In this document: one piece after another, positions 40,960 to 49,076 of the stretch
How positions within the stretch are numbered: the first letter of the stretch is position 1
Layout: every line of letters starts with the position of its first letter
IMG/VR virus record: IMGVR_UViG_3300003323_000621
Coordinates: 72,153-121,257 of that record
Length of the DNA stretch: 49,105 nucleotides
Direction: 5' to 3' (one strand)
From: a virus
Lineage: Duplodnaviria; Heunggongvirae; Uroviricota; Caudoviricetes
Notes under the pieces: generated by a model
What the model saw: only the letters and a program-made list of their open reading frames with translations
The model's database searches: none
What the model was told of the DNA's origin: nothing
Made by a program: the position numbers and the translations under genes

Positions 40960-41250
40960 ATGTTCAAAGTTTTACAGGGGATCTTTGACAGAAATATATT
41001 AGAGTGGATATCAAGAAATAGAAGTACATTTGTATTAATTGTTCTATTTTTTGGTAATATATATCAATTCTATATTGGTTCTGAGAAGGATAAAAGATAT
41101 GAAGAAAACATGATGAAAATGAATGATAAACTTGAAGAAGCAAATAAGCTTTCTCTTCATTATGAGAGAGATAGATCTAATACACTAGAATCATTATTAC
41201 ATGAACTAGTTATAAAATATAATAATCGTGATTCACTATCTAAAAAATAA
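40960..41250 (+). CDS. Single-TM membrane protein with coiled-coil tail (lysis-cluster candidate)
   Basis: TFVLIVLFFGNIYQFYIG helix followed by a charged heptad region. Confidence 0.55.
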   Translation: MFKVLQGIFDRNILEWISRNRSTFVLIVLFFGNIYQFYIGSEKDKRYEENMMKMNDKLEEANKLSLHYERDRSNTLESLLHELVIKYNNRDSLSKK

Positions 41251-41258
41251 AAGGTTCC

Positions 41259-41483
41259 ATGAAATCTGTTTATATTTTATTGACTATGGCAATACTATTA
41301 TTATCTGCTGATAAATCAGGTAGTAATACTATTATGAATTCAAAAAAATCAGGTTCAATTACTACTGATACTTTACTTGAAATGGAAAGAAGACATAATC
41401 AAGAAAGATTAAAGATAATTGAGTACTCAATAAAAACTATTGATGATGAATATACTTACAAAGATAGTTCAGAAATTAAGTAA
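41259..41483 (+). CDS. Small exported protein with a signal-peptide-like N-terminus
   Basis: MKSVYILLTMAILLLSA N-terminus. No lipobox Cys. Confidence 0.5.
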   Translation: MKSVYILLTMAILLLSADKSGSNTIMNSKKSGSITTDTLLEMERRHNQERLKIIEYSIKTIDDEYTYKDSSEIK

Positions 41484-42189
41484 GAGTTTAATTTCTATAT
41501 GGACATGGATAAAGAATCATCCAAAAGATACTCTATATATACTTTCTACTATAATAGTTGCAATAATAGTACTATATCCTAGAAAAAAAGATCCTATTTT
41601 TATTACTAAAAACAATGAAGATTTAATTCAGAAAGTAAAATACTATGAAGATAAAAATGGTAAATTAGTTGCTCAGTTAGAACAAAAAAGTATAAGTGAA
41701 GATGAAGCTAAGAAAAGAGTAGCTGAATTAGCATTATTATTAAAAGTAAAGCCAAAGAACATAAAAGATGTGGACAAATATATTTCTAAGACAGAAGTTA
41801 AGTTTGTTGAAAAACCAGTATATGTTCCTATAGTACTGGATAATGATTCTAATAAAGTAAAAGAGGGATATTATGTAGTAGAAAAAAAAGATGATTATAT
41901 TAATGTTAGAGCTGTAGCAGGACCAGATACTGGGTCTATAAGTATATCTTCTGTAGATACTTTAACTAGAGTAGTTACAAGAAAAAATAAGTTATTTAAA
42001 CCAGATGAATATGATGTATTACTAACAAATGCTTCTCCTTATAATAAGATAGAATCAGGATATAGTTTTACAATTAAAGAAAGACCAGTATTATTTGATG
42101 TATCTTTACAAGCAGGATATAATCCTTTTACCAGAAAACCTTATGTAGGTATAGGCATATCTAAATCAATTTTTAAAATAAAAAAGTAA
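41440..42189 (+). CDS. Membrane-anchored protein, spanin-like candidate
   Basis: One N-terminal TM (LYILSTIIVAIIVLYP), a coiled coil, and a C-terminal LQAGY...YVGIGIS beta end. This resembles Bacteroidota-phage lysis-cluster proteins. Confidence 0.5.
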   Translation: MMMNILTKIVQKLSKSLISIWTWIKNHPKDTLYILSTIIVAIIVLYPRKKDPIFITKNNEDLIQKVKYYEDKNGKLVAQLEQKSISEDEAKKRVAELALLLKVKPKNIKDVDKYISKTEVKFVEKPVYVPIVLDNDSNKVKEGYYVVEKKDDYINVRAVAGPDTGSISISSVDTLTRVVTRKNKLFKPDEYDVLLTNASPYNKIESGYSFTIKERPVLFDVSLQAGYNPFTRKPYVGIGISKSIFKIKK

Positions 42190-42197
42190 GTTGGGCA

Positions 42198-42620
42198 ATG
42201 GCAACAAAAACATTATTTAAAAACAACTCTGTATTAAAAGAAGAGAAAGGACTAACTCCAGAAATTATAATTGGTAAATTATTTTGGTTTCATTCACAAG
42301 CACATTTTTTACATTTACAAACTAAATCTTTTGCAGAACATAAAGCTTTAGATGAATTATATAAAAGTCTTGTAGATATGAAAGATGAAATTTCAGAGCA
42401 GTTACTAGGGTATATAAATAGAAGATTAAATGACTTACCTTCTTATCCCTTCATAGCTTATTCAGAAGGTGAATCTAGTAAATTATGTGATAATATAATG
42501 GAATTTGCAGTTACTTTAAGAGAATGGGCAGAAAATAATGGATATGAAAATATTGGAAATTTAGCACAAGAACTTTCTGGATTAGGAGCTAGTATAAAGT
42601 ATTTACTAACATTGAAATAA
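42198..42620 (+). CDS. Dps/ferritin-like four-helix protein (DUF5856-like)
   Basis: HSQAHFLHLQTKSFAEHKALDELY...DEISEQLLG parallels the Dps ferroxidase pattern HW...F..LH..f..ly....D.iAE...lG. Confidence 0.7.
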   Translation: MATKTLFKNNSVLKEEKGLTPEIIIGKLFWFHSQAHFLHLQTKSFAEHKALDELYKSLVDMKDEISEQLLGYINRRLNDLPSYPFIAYSEGESSKLCDNIMEFAVTLREWAENNGYENIGNLAQELSGLGASIKYLLTLK

Positions 42621-42645
42621 TAACCAATAATATACAATTATTTAT

Positions 42646-42918
42646 ATGGACATAAGAATTCCAGGAATTCTAAGAGACAATGATCTTACATATTTAAACT
42701 TTCTAAATAAATCAATAAAAGATATTGATCCTAATTGTGAAATAACAGTAAGAGACTCTATTGATGGATTAATGATAAATATTTTATCAAAGATTCCTCA
42801 ATTAAAAGATCAGATAGTTAGGACTATAAGGAAGGTACATTATTCTTTAAATATAAATGTAGAATTTTCTAAGTCTTTGTTAATTTCAAAATATATAACA
42901 TTTAAAGTAAAAATATAA
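42646..42918 (+). CDS. Hypothetical protein
   Basis: 90-aa ORF in operon orientation with an A/T-rich start context. Confidence 0.6.
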   Translation: MDIRIPGILRDNDLTYLNFLNKSIKDIDPNCEITVRDSIDGLMINILSKIPQLKDQIVRTIRKVHYSLNINVEFSKSLLISKYITFKVKI

Positions 42919-42926
42919 AATTTTTG

Positions 42927-42959
42927 TTGGTATATAATATATAATGTACTATATTTGCA
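42927..42959 (+). promoter_or_regulatory. Bacteroidota promoter TTG-N20-TATATTTGCA
   Basis: TTG at 42927-42929 and TATATTTGCA at 42950-42959, 25 nt upstream of the ATG at 42985. Confidence 0.7.
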
Positions 42960-42984
42960 TTATAATTAATTATAAAAGTATTTT

Positions 42985-43266
42985 ATGGCAAAAGTTGAAA
43001 AGAATAACAAAAAAAAGGAAGTTCCTGTATTTGATCCATCTAAACAGTATATATGGAAACCAGAAGATGAATTTGTAATTGATGGTAAACAGTTACAACA
43101 ATTATATAATACTCTTTTAGGTAAAGCTCAAGACCCAGCATGGGTACAAGTAGTTAATGAGTATGAGTCATTAAAAATAATGCATGAGTTATTTGCCAGA
43201 GGTGTAGAACAAGGAATTATAGTTGAAAAAGAAGAAACTGAAACCCAGACAGGAGAAAAACAGTAA
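42985..43266 (+). CDS. Hypothetical protein with its own promoter
   Basis: 93-aa ORF between a consensus promoter and the bidirectional terminator. Confidence 0.7.
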   Translation: MAKVEKNNKKKEVPVFDPSKQYIWKPEDEFVIDGKQLQQLYNTLLGKAQDPAWVQVVNEYESLKIMHELFARGVEQGIIVEKEETETQTGEKQ

Positions 43267-43288
43267 AAAATAAAGTAGGTTGGGTCAT

Positions 43289-43332
43289 AAAAAAGAGAAG
43301 AGTAAGGAAGTAAAATCCCTTACTCTTTTTTT
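43289..43332. terminator. Bidirectional intrinsic terminator between the convergent modules
   Basis: AAGAGTAAGG (43298-43307), a 10-nt loop and CCTTACTCTT (43318-43327), with a T-run downstream and an A-run upstream. Confidence 0.8.
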
Positions 43333-43338
43333 ATTCAC

Positions 43339-43617
43339 CTAACTCTCACCCTCAATCAACTTAAAATACTTCTCTATATCTTCACCTACTAATTCTATTT
43401 GAGAAGCTAAGTGAATTCTTTGCTTAATTATATTTCCTTTGTTATCCTTTCCTACTGGGACACTCTCTTCATGCCCATCATCTAATAATATAGTATATAC
43501 ACTACCATCCTTATTCCAATCTCCTCTAATTACTCTCTTCATATTAAAGTCCTGCTTTCTTACTACTCCATCTTCACAAACTTTATTATAAATAAAGTGT
43601 TCAATATATATACTCAT
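43339..43617 (-). CDS. Hypothetical protein
   Basis: 92-aa ORF, last gene of the - strand block, ends in TAG. Confidence 0.65.
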   Translation of the reverse strand: MSIYIEHFIYNKVCEDGVVRKQDFNMKRVIRGDWNKDGSVYTILLDDGHEESVPVGKDNKGNIIKQRIHLASQIELVGEDIEKYFKLIEGES

Positions 43618-43618
43618 A

Positions 43619-44044
43619 TTATACTAGTACTCCTTGTTTGTTTTTTATTTTATTATTAGTTCTATTATACTCTTGAATTCTTTTATTATATTTTCCAAGT
43701 GAAAAATATACACTCTTGGTAAGAGAGTTTAAAAGCTTAAGTGCCAATTCATCCATAGATAAATTTGGAAATACATGTTGAATTTTACTAACTTCAATAA
43801 ATCCAAACCCACCCATCATTCTTTCATAAGCTAGTGTTCTTCCTAAAGTTTTATCAAAGGAATCATTTTCATTACATATAGATACTCCATATTTAAGATG
43901 ACTTCCTACCATAGAAGCACAAATGGTAGCTCTATCTCCAAATTTAACTTGCTTAGTTTCTACTCCTTCTTTTCTACTATTCACTACATGAATAACTTTG
44001 TAATCTTGTGGAGTGTAGCTATAAAATACTCTATTATTTTTCAT
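43619..44044 (-). CDS. Conserved phage hypothetical protein (G.S.C...D.F.K..GR..A..R type)
   Basis: YGVSICNENDSFDKTLGRTLAYERM is a motif I recognise from many uncharacterised phage proteins. Confidence 0.65.
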   Translation of the reverse strand: MKNNRVFYSYTPQDYKVIHVVNSRKEGVETKQVKFGDRATICASMVGSHLKYGVSICNENDSFDKTLGRTLAYERMMGGFGFIEVSKIQHVFPNLSMDELALKLLNSLTKSVYFSLGKYNKRIQEYNRTNNKIKNKQGVLV

Positions 44045-44054
44045 TATTTTTAAT

Positions 44055-44477
44055 TTAAAAATCTACAAATTTCTCTTGTAATTCTGGAGGTGAAATGGGT
44101 TCTATCTGAACAGAATTTAAACTTTCAAAGTATCCACACCATGGAGCAAGAATTTGATATTCTTGTCCATTATCTGCTAATAATACTATAGTTTCATTCT
44201 CTGATCCCCACCCTTTTCTATTCTTAGTATACCATCTTTGTTTTTTAGCCTCTTCTAAAATCTTTTCATTTTCTTTTTGAGAATTATAATGTTTATTAAG
44301 ATTCTTATAGAATTTATAATGTTCTAATATCCTCTTAACATTTTCATCAGCTATTGCAAGATTTTCATATTCACCATCTAAATAATCAATCTGGTTTTCA
44401 TATTGATTAAAACTATCTCCAGTATTATAATTATATTTTATCCTGTATTTATACTTTAATGAGTTCATCTTTTTCAA
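44055..44477 (-). CDS. Hypothetical protein
   Basis: 140-aa ORF tightly packed in the - strand block. Confidence 0.65.
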   Translation of the reverse strand: MKKMNSLKYKYRIKYNYNTGDSFNQYENQIDYLDGEYENLAIADENVKRILEHYKFYKNLNKHYNSQKENEKILEEAKKQRWYTKNRKGWGSENETIVLLADNGQEYQILAPWCGYFESLNSVQIEPISPPELQEKFVDF

Positions 44478-44694
44478 TAGCTTTTCTTATCCACCTCATT
44501 AGAGTAATAGATTTTTCATGTTGACAAAGTAAAGAATTACTAATATCATCTAATGGAACATCAAATACATATAATTCATCATTATATACAAGATGGTAAG
44601 TAGCATAGCTTTTACTAACACATTTAAGTGAACAATAACTATTTTTAATTATATCTTTTAAATCTCTTATAGAGATATTACTCTGTTGTTCCAT
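44449..44694 (-). CDS. Hypothetical protein
   Basis: 81-aa ORF with short overlaps to both neighbours. Confidence 0.6.
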   Translation of the reverse strand: MEQQSNISIRDLKDIIKNSYCSLKCVSKSYATYHLVYNDELYVFDVPLDDISNSLLCQHEKSITLMRWIRKAIEKDELIKV

Positions 44695-44977
44695 TATTAT
44701 ATAATTCTAAATATTTATTTCTAACTTCTAATGCTCTTCTTCTACTAGAGAAACTTGATCCCTCACTTAATATGAGGGAATCAAGATCTTCATCAGAAGC
44801 ATTTTCACAGATAAAGTCATATTCTTCATCTGTAATATTAAATCCAAATTTCATGGAATCATCAAATAAATCAAATATTCCTGAACTACCAATTTTAGTT
44901 TTTTCACCATTAGGTAATGTTACCTCTTTTGGTGGTCTGGGAACATTTGATTTAACTTCTGGTCTACATTTTTTCAT
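44678..44977 (-). CDS. Hypothetical protein
   Basis: 99-aa acidic ORF in operon orientation. Confidence 0.6.
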   Translation of the reverse strand: MKKCRPEVKSNVPRPPKEVTLPNGEKTKIGSSGIFDLFDDSMKFGFNITDEEYDFICENASDEDLDSLILSEGSSFSSRRRALEVRNKYLELYNNGTTE

Positions 44978-44992
44978 TATAACTAATAATTA

Positions 44993-46132
44993 TTAGAATA
45001 CCAAATGTCCTTTAAATGATCTGTGATAAGCATTATCTTCAGAAATTTTGTAATGTTTTACTACAGTAATTTCATAAGGTTCATCCTCACTATTCTCATT
45101 ATATTTAGGATTTTCTACCCTCATAGAACATTTAAATTCATCTTCAGTAATTACTTCAGTAATCACACCAAGATCAAAGTACTCATCTTCTGAATTATCT
45201 ATACATCTAATATAATTTCCAACAGAATTCTTCTTAATTTTTCTACTAAGAGTAACATCTTTATATCTCAACAAATCTTTGTATACAAGAGAATTATTTT
45301 CTGTACTAGAAACAACTTCAAATATACTATATCTCTTGTCAAGAGTTTTAGTGTTAAATACATCCTTAAACATTTCAGGACTCTCATGATGTATATTTAC
45401 TTCTTCTACTACAGCTTTAACAATATCTATTGTTATAGTTTCTAACATAGAAATAAATCTAATAGTATCTTCTTTGAATTCAGGATATTTAAGAAGATCA
45501 TCTACAACTTCTGTAATTACATCCAATGAAAGATCATCAAATAACTTTAAATATCTAATTCTACCAGGTCTTTGAAGAAGATTTTTATTAACATATAACT
45601 CATTAGTTGTAAGGAGAAATATTTTCCTATATTTAGAAGTCATTACTCCATCCATTAATGTTAAAATATCTCCTCTATCTGAATCACTACCATCATTAGA
45701 GTTATTATTAGAATAGATCTTTTCATATTCATCTATAAATACAACAACATCATAATCAATACTGTTGATAAATGAATTAAATGCAGATCCAAAATTATTT
45801 TGTACAATAATAACAGGAAGATTCAATTCATTAGATATTAATTTAGCAGTTACTGTTTTACCAGTTCCTTTTACTCCATTCAATAAACATCCAAGATTAC
45901 CTATAGTATTATCATAAGTTTTCTTTACTCTATCAATAAAGGAACTTTCTTTACCATATATTTTATATGGAAATAAAAATTTATCTCCAGTTTTTTCAAG
46001 ATATAATTCTCCTGTTTGAGGATTTTTCATTAATTCATATACTCCAGGCATTAAGTCTTCATTAGTTCCTGGATCTCTTAATACAAAACTATTCCCATAT
46101 ACAGCAAATTGCTTATTACCCTGACCATTCAT
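44993..46132 (-). CDS. AAA+ ATPase (BCS1-like phage family)
   Basis: Walker A GVKGTGKT (45854-45877), Walker B VVVFIDEYEK, sensor-1 LTTN and Arg finger RPGRI. Confidence 0.9.
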   Translation of the reverse strand: MNGQGNKQFAVYGNSFVLRDPGTNEDLMPGVYELMKNPQTGELYLEKTGDKFLFPYKIYGKESSFIDRVKKTYDNTIGNLGCLLNGVKGTGKTVTAKLISNELNLPVIIVQNNFGSAFNSFINSIDYDVVVFIDEYEKIYSNNNSNDGSDSDRGDILTLMDGVMTSKYRKIFLLTTNELYVNKNLLQRPGRIRYLKLFDDLSLDVITEVVDDLLKYPEFKEDTIRFISMLETITIDIVKAVVEEVNIHHESPEMFKDVFNTKTLDKRYSIFEVVSSTENNSLVYKDLLRYKDVTLSRKIKKNSVGNYIRCIDNSEDEYFDLGVITEVITEDEFKCSMRVENPKYNENSEDEPYEITVVKHYKISEDNAYHRSFKGHLVF

Positions 46133-46467
46133 ATTATTCTATCTTTAATTTTATTGAAAATTATTTCGATCTGTGGATATATATCCCTTAAAATTTTATT
46201 TGATTTTGATAAATTTATTTCTTTATTATGTATTCTTTCTCTTACTATCTTATTTACTTCATGATGGAGTTCTTCTAATTCTTCTTCTATAAAGTCATCA
46301 TTAGGATTAATACCATGTACAGATAATAATTTATCCTCCATAACCTTTATCTTCTCCATTAAAAAGTAATTTCTCTCACTAATACTTTTTATTTCTTGTT
46401 GTCTCCATTTAAGATGACATTTAGCTTTATCTAGTTTTGCTTTTTTTATTAAAGTATATCCAAACAT
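46129..46467 (-). CDS. Hypothetical coiled-coil protein
   Basis: 112-aa helical ORF whose TGA overlaps the ATG of the ATPase gene (ATGA). Confidence 0.65.
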   Translation of the reverse strand: MFGYTLIKKAKLDKAKCHLKWRQQEIKSISERNYFLMEKIKVMEDKLLSVHGINPNDDFIEEELEELHHEVNKIVRERIHNKEINLSKSNKILRDIYPQIEIIFNKIKDRII

Positions 46468-46469
46468 AT

Positions 46470-46904
46470 TTATTTGTTTGTGGATCCAAATCCTCCTGAT
46501 CCTCTTTCAGTATTAGATAATTCTTCTATTTCAGTAAAAGGTATCTGTTCTACTTTAAGTAATACTCCTTGAGCAATTCTATCTCCATTATGTATAATAA
46601 AGGAATTAGAACTATCTGTATTGTATAATATAACTCCAATTTCTCCTCTATAATCAGAATCTATAGTACCAGGACTATTAAGAACCATAATACCATTTTT
46701 AAGAGCTAATCCACTTCTTGATCTAATATCAAGTTCATATCCAACAGGTATTTCCATACTTAATCCTGTTTTTATTAACTTTCTTTCTCCTGGAGCTACA
46801 ATATAACTTCCTACTGCATGAAAATCAAACCCTGCAGATCCTTTAGTTTGATATGTTGGAATTATAGCTTCTTCAGTTAATTTTTTAATATATATATTCA
46901 TCAT
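46470..46904 (-). CDS. dut: Trimeric dUTPase
   Basis: All five motifs are present: AGFDF, RSRSGLA, GTIDSDYRGEIGV, GDRIAQ and RGSGGFGST. Confidence 0.97.
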   Translation of the reverse strand: MMNIYIKKLTEEAIIPTYQTKGSAGFDFHAVGSYIVAPGERKLIKTGLSMEIPVGYELDIRSRSGLALKNGIMVLNSPGTIDSDYRGEIGVILYNTDSSNSFIIHNGDRIAQGVLLKVEQIPFTEIEELSNTERGSGGFGSTNK

Positions 46905-46913
46905 TTTATCTTA

Positions 46914-47327
46914 TTAATATACTATATTAGGATCATATTTATCTATATTTCCAGTAGAAACAGCAAGCTTTCTAAGAACTAATATAGAATATCTTCTATA
47001 ATTTTCTACTTCAGTTTGTTCAACACTTTGTGTAAGATTTTTAAATATATGATCTAATATACCTGCTTTAATTATATCAGGAACTGCCTCTTTTGAAAAG
47101 TTAAACTTATATGGGGATGATCCTACAAATACAAAACATTCATCTTGTTCTTTTACAGTAAATTCTCCTAAATCTTCTCCAGTTTCTGTTATTACAGATA
47201 CAGAATTATCATCATTTTTTCTTGCATATACATAACCACTGCAAGCATCTTGCATAAATCCTCTATTAGCAGTACTTTTAACTAATACAATATCCCCCTG
47301 CACATATACTTTTCTTTCCTCTTTCAT
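46914..47327 (-). CDS. Hypothetical protein
   Basis: 137-aa ORF abutting both neighbours. Confidence 0.65.
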   Translation of the reverse strand: MKEERKVYVQGDIVLVKSTANRGFMQDACSGYVYARKNDDNSVSVITETGEDLGEFTVKEQDECFVFVGSSPYKFNFSKEAVPDIIKAGILDHIFKNLTQSVEQTEVENYRRYSILVLRKLAVSTGNIDKYDPNIVY

Positions 47328-47555
47328 TTATATATATTTTGATTCCTGTAAATATAGTTCATATATTGTTAAACAGAACTCTTTAGTTTTATTTATACTT
47401 CTAAATGGAGAAGAGTTAGCTTTAATACTAAAGTTAAACTCTTCAGATATTAAATATACATCTGAACCTATATGTCCTCCATTAGTATGTTGTCCTCCAA
47501 GAGGAGGTGATATAATCTTCCACTTTATCTCATCTAGTATTTCCTGTGGTATCAT
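47328..47555 (-). CDS. Small GGQ-motif protein resembling the peptidyl-tRNA hydrolase domain of class I release factors/ArfB
   Basis: PPLGGQHTN...SDVYLISEEFNFSIKA...RSINKTKEFCL aligns by eye with the RF1 pattern GAGGQHVN..SAIRITHLPTGIVVEC..ERSQHKNKAKAL. Confidence 0.55.
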   Translation of the reverse strand: MIPQEILDEIKWKIISPPLGGQHTNGGHIGSDVYLISEEFNFSIKANSSPFRSINKTKEFCLTIYELYLQESKYI

Positions 47556-47758
47556 TACTTAATATTTTTGTAAATATATACTGTATCACATACACCATTT
47601 ATACAAGTTTCTTTTATTTGTGGAATTAATGGTGTTTTAGTGATAACATCATCTGATATAAATAACAAATCTACTAAGCCATATCCTACAAAAGCTACTA
47701 TTATTCCAAGTATTAAAAAAGCTATAAATGCTTCAGTAAAATTAAAACTTCCCATCAT
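47555..47758 (-). CDS. Small single-TM membrane protein
   Basis: FIAFLILGIIVAFVGYGLVDLLFI helix and a C-terminal CINGVCDTVYIY. Confidence 0.65.
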   Translation of the reverse strand: MMGSFNFTEAFIAFLILGIIVAFVGYGLVDLLFISDDVITKTPLIPQIKETCINGVCDTVYIYKNIK

Positions 47759-47764
47759 AATTTT

Positions 47765-48031
47765 CTATTTAATATTTTCTTCTGGATAAGCTGAAAGAAT
47801 TGATTCTTTATCTATAAAAGCATCCATTGCTCCATAATCTGGTTGATAAGCTTCAGCTACAGCTCTTTTAGTAGCAGCTTCAAGAGCAGCTTTTACATGA
47901 AGTTTGGTAAATTCTGTTAATGCTGTCATAAAATCTTCTCTATCTATAAGATATTTAGGATCACCCTCTTCAAATTGATAAAGATTAGAATATTTATTAA
48001 ATAACTCTTTTATTGTAGGTATCTTTTCCAT
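47765..48031 (-). CDS. Hypothetical protein, tandem paralog B
   Basis: MEKIPT...FTKLHVKAAL...ILSAYPEENIK. Confidence 0.75.
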   Translation of the reverse strand: MEKIPTIKELFNKYSNLYQFEEGDPKYLIDREDFMTALTEFTKLHVKAALEAATKRAVAEAYQPDYGAMDAFIDKESILSAYPEENIK

Positions 48032-48315
48032 TATTTTATATTTTCTTCAGGATATGCAGTTAAAATGAATTCTCTAGGTGCTACAAAGTAGAATCCTGCT
48101 TTTAAATCTTCATAATCATGTGATAATTTGTATGTAAAGACAGTTTTCTCAGCTACTGATTTGATAGCTGCCTTTACATGGAGTTTAGCAAATTTTATCA
48201 TTATTTTAGAAATATCTTCTTTTAGAATACAAGCTTCCATATTTCCAGGAAGAGTTTCTATAAAAGAGTAATTATTATTAGATATAAAATCTTCAGCTGT
48301 TGGAATTTTTTCCAT
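48031..48315 (-). CDS. Hypothetical protein, tandem paralog A
   Basis: MEKIPT...FAKLHVKAAI...ILTAYPEENIK. Confidence 0.75.
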   Translation of the reverse strand: MEKIPTAEDFISNNNYSFIETLPGNMEACILKEDISKIMIKFAKLHVKAAIKSVAEKTVFTYKLSHDYEDLKAGFYFVAPREFILTAYPEENIK

Positions 48316-48478
48316 CTTCTAAATTTTTAAAGGCTGTTTTAAGCATCTCAATATACCATTCTGCTCTTTCTTTAGTATCTACAGGATGTAATCTAAATGT
48401 TTGTACTCCTATAGTAAAGGTAGGTATAAAAGGATATTCTTCATCTAATCCTTTCTTTATATTATATATTATTTCCAT
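48293..48478 (-). CDS. Hypothetical protein
   Basis: 61-aa ORF with a 1-nt start/stop overlap upstream and a short overlap downstream. Confidence 0.6.
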   Translation of the reverse strand: MEIIYNIKKGLDEEYPFIPTFTIGVQTFRLHPVDTKERAEWYIEMLKTAFKNLEDGKNSNS

Positions 48479-48813
48479 TATAATAAGTCTCTAACTTTTG
48501 TTACATCAAATAGTCTAATACAACTAATAGTATGAATTCCACCTTCAAAATAAGGACACAAGTTATTAAACAAATCTATTTGATCTTCTGTTAAAAGATC
48601 TTTATATAGTTCATTTACATTTCCATCAACAAAATCTGATGCAGGCCAATTATGTTTAGACTTACACTTTTTAATAATTTTTATTATAGGTTTTAACTTT
48701 TCTAATTGAGCATCTGATATTTTATTAACTGAATGTACATAATCAGCATCATTTGTATCTGCTTCTATAATTAAATAGTTCATATATGTATCTTTTAATG
48801 AAAATGTCCACAA
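48478..48813 (-). CDS. Hypothetical protein
   Basis: 111-aa ORF. The start may be the internal ATG (MNYLIIEADTNDADY). Confidence 0.65.
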   Translation of the reverse strand: MWTFSLKDTYMNYLIIEADTNDADYVHSVNKISDAQLEKLKPIIKIIKKCKSKHNWPASDFVDGNVNELYKDLLTEDQIDLFNNLCPYFEGGIHTISCIRLFDVTKVRDLL

Positions 48814-49076
48814 GGACCTTTTATTGCAATTCCATAATTACTTTTTTGAACTCCTCTTCCTGCATAAGCCCATTGATCCTCCTCAAACTCATCTCCTTCT
48901 TTCACATATCCAAGAGCATCAGGAGATATTTCACCAATTTTCTTATAGCACTCTTCCAATGGGAACCAGAAATTTATACCATCATCATGAAACCAAATCA
49001 ACATTTTCTTAGGAAAATAGTTTTCACCTGATCCCATTTCAATCTTTGTACATATATGCTCTTTCCACTCATTCAA
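48795..49076 (-). CDS. Hypothetical protein
   Basis: 93-aa ORF on the coding strand of the - block. Confidence 0.6.
   Translation of the reverse strand: MNEWKEHICTKIEMGSGENYFPKKMLIWFHDDGINFWFPLEECYKKIGEISPDALGYVKEGDEFEEDQWAYAGRGVQKSNYGIAIKGPCGHFH

Noticed and set aside
44772-49031. + strand ORFs at 44772-44996, 48300-48494, 48786-49031 and 48824-49012
   Set aside because: They lie opposite a tightly packed - strand operon, have no promoter context and no recognisable motifs.
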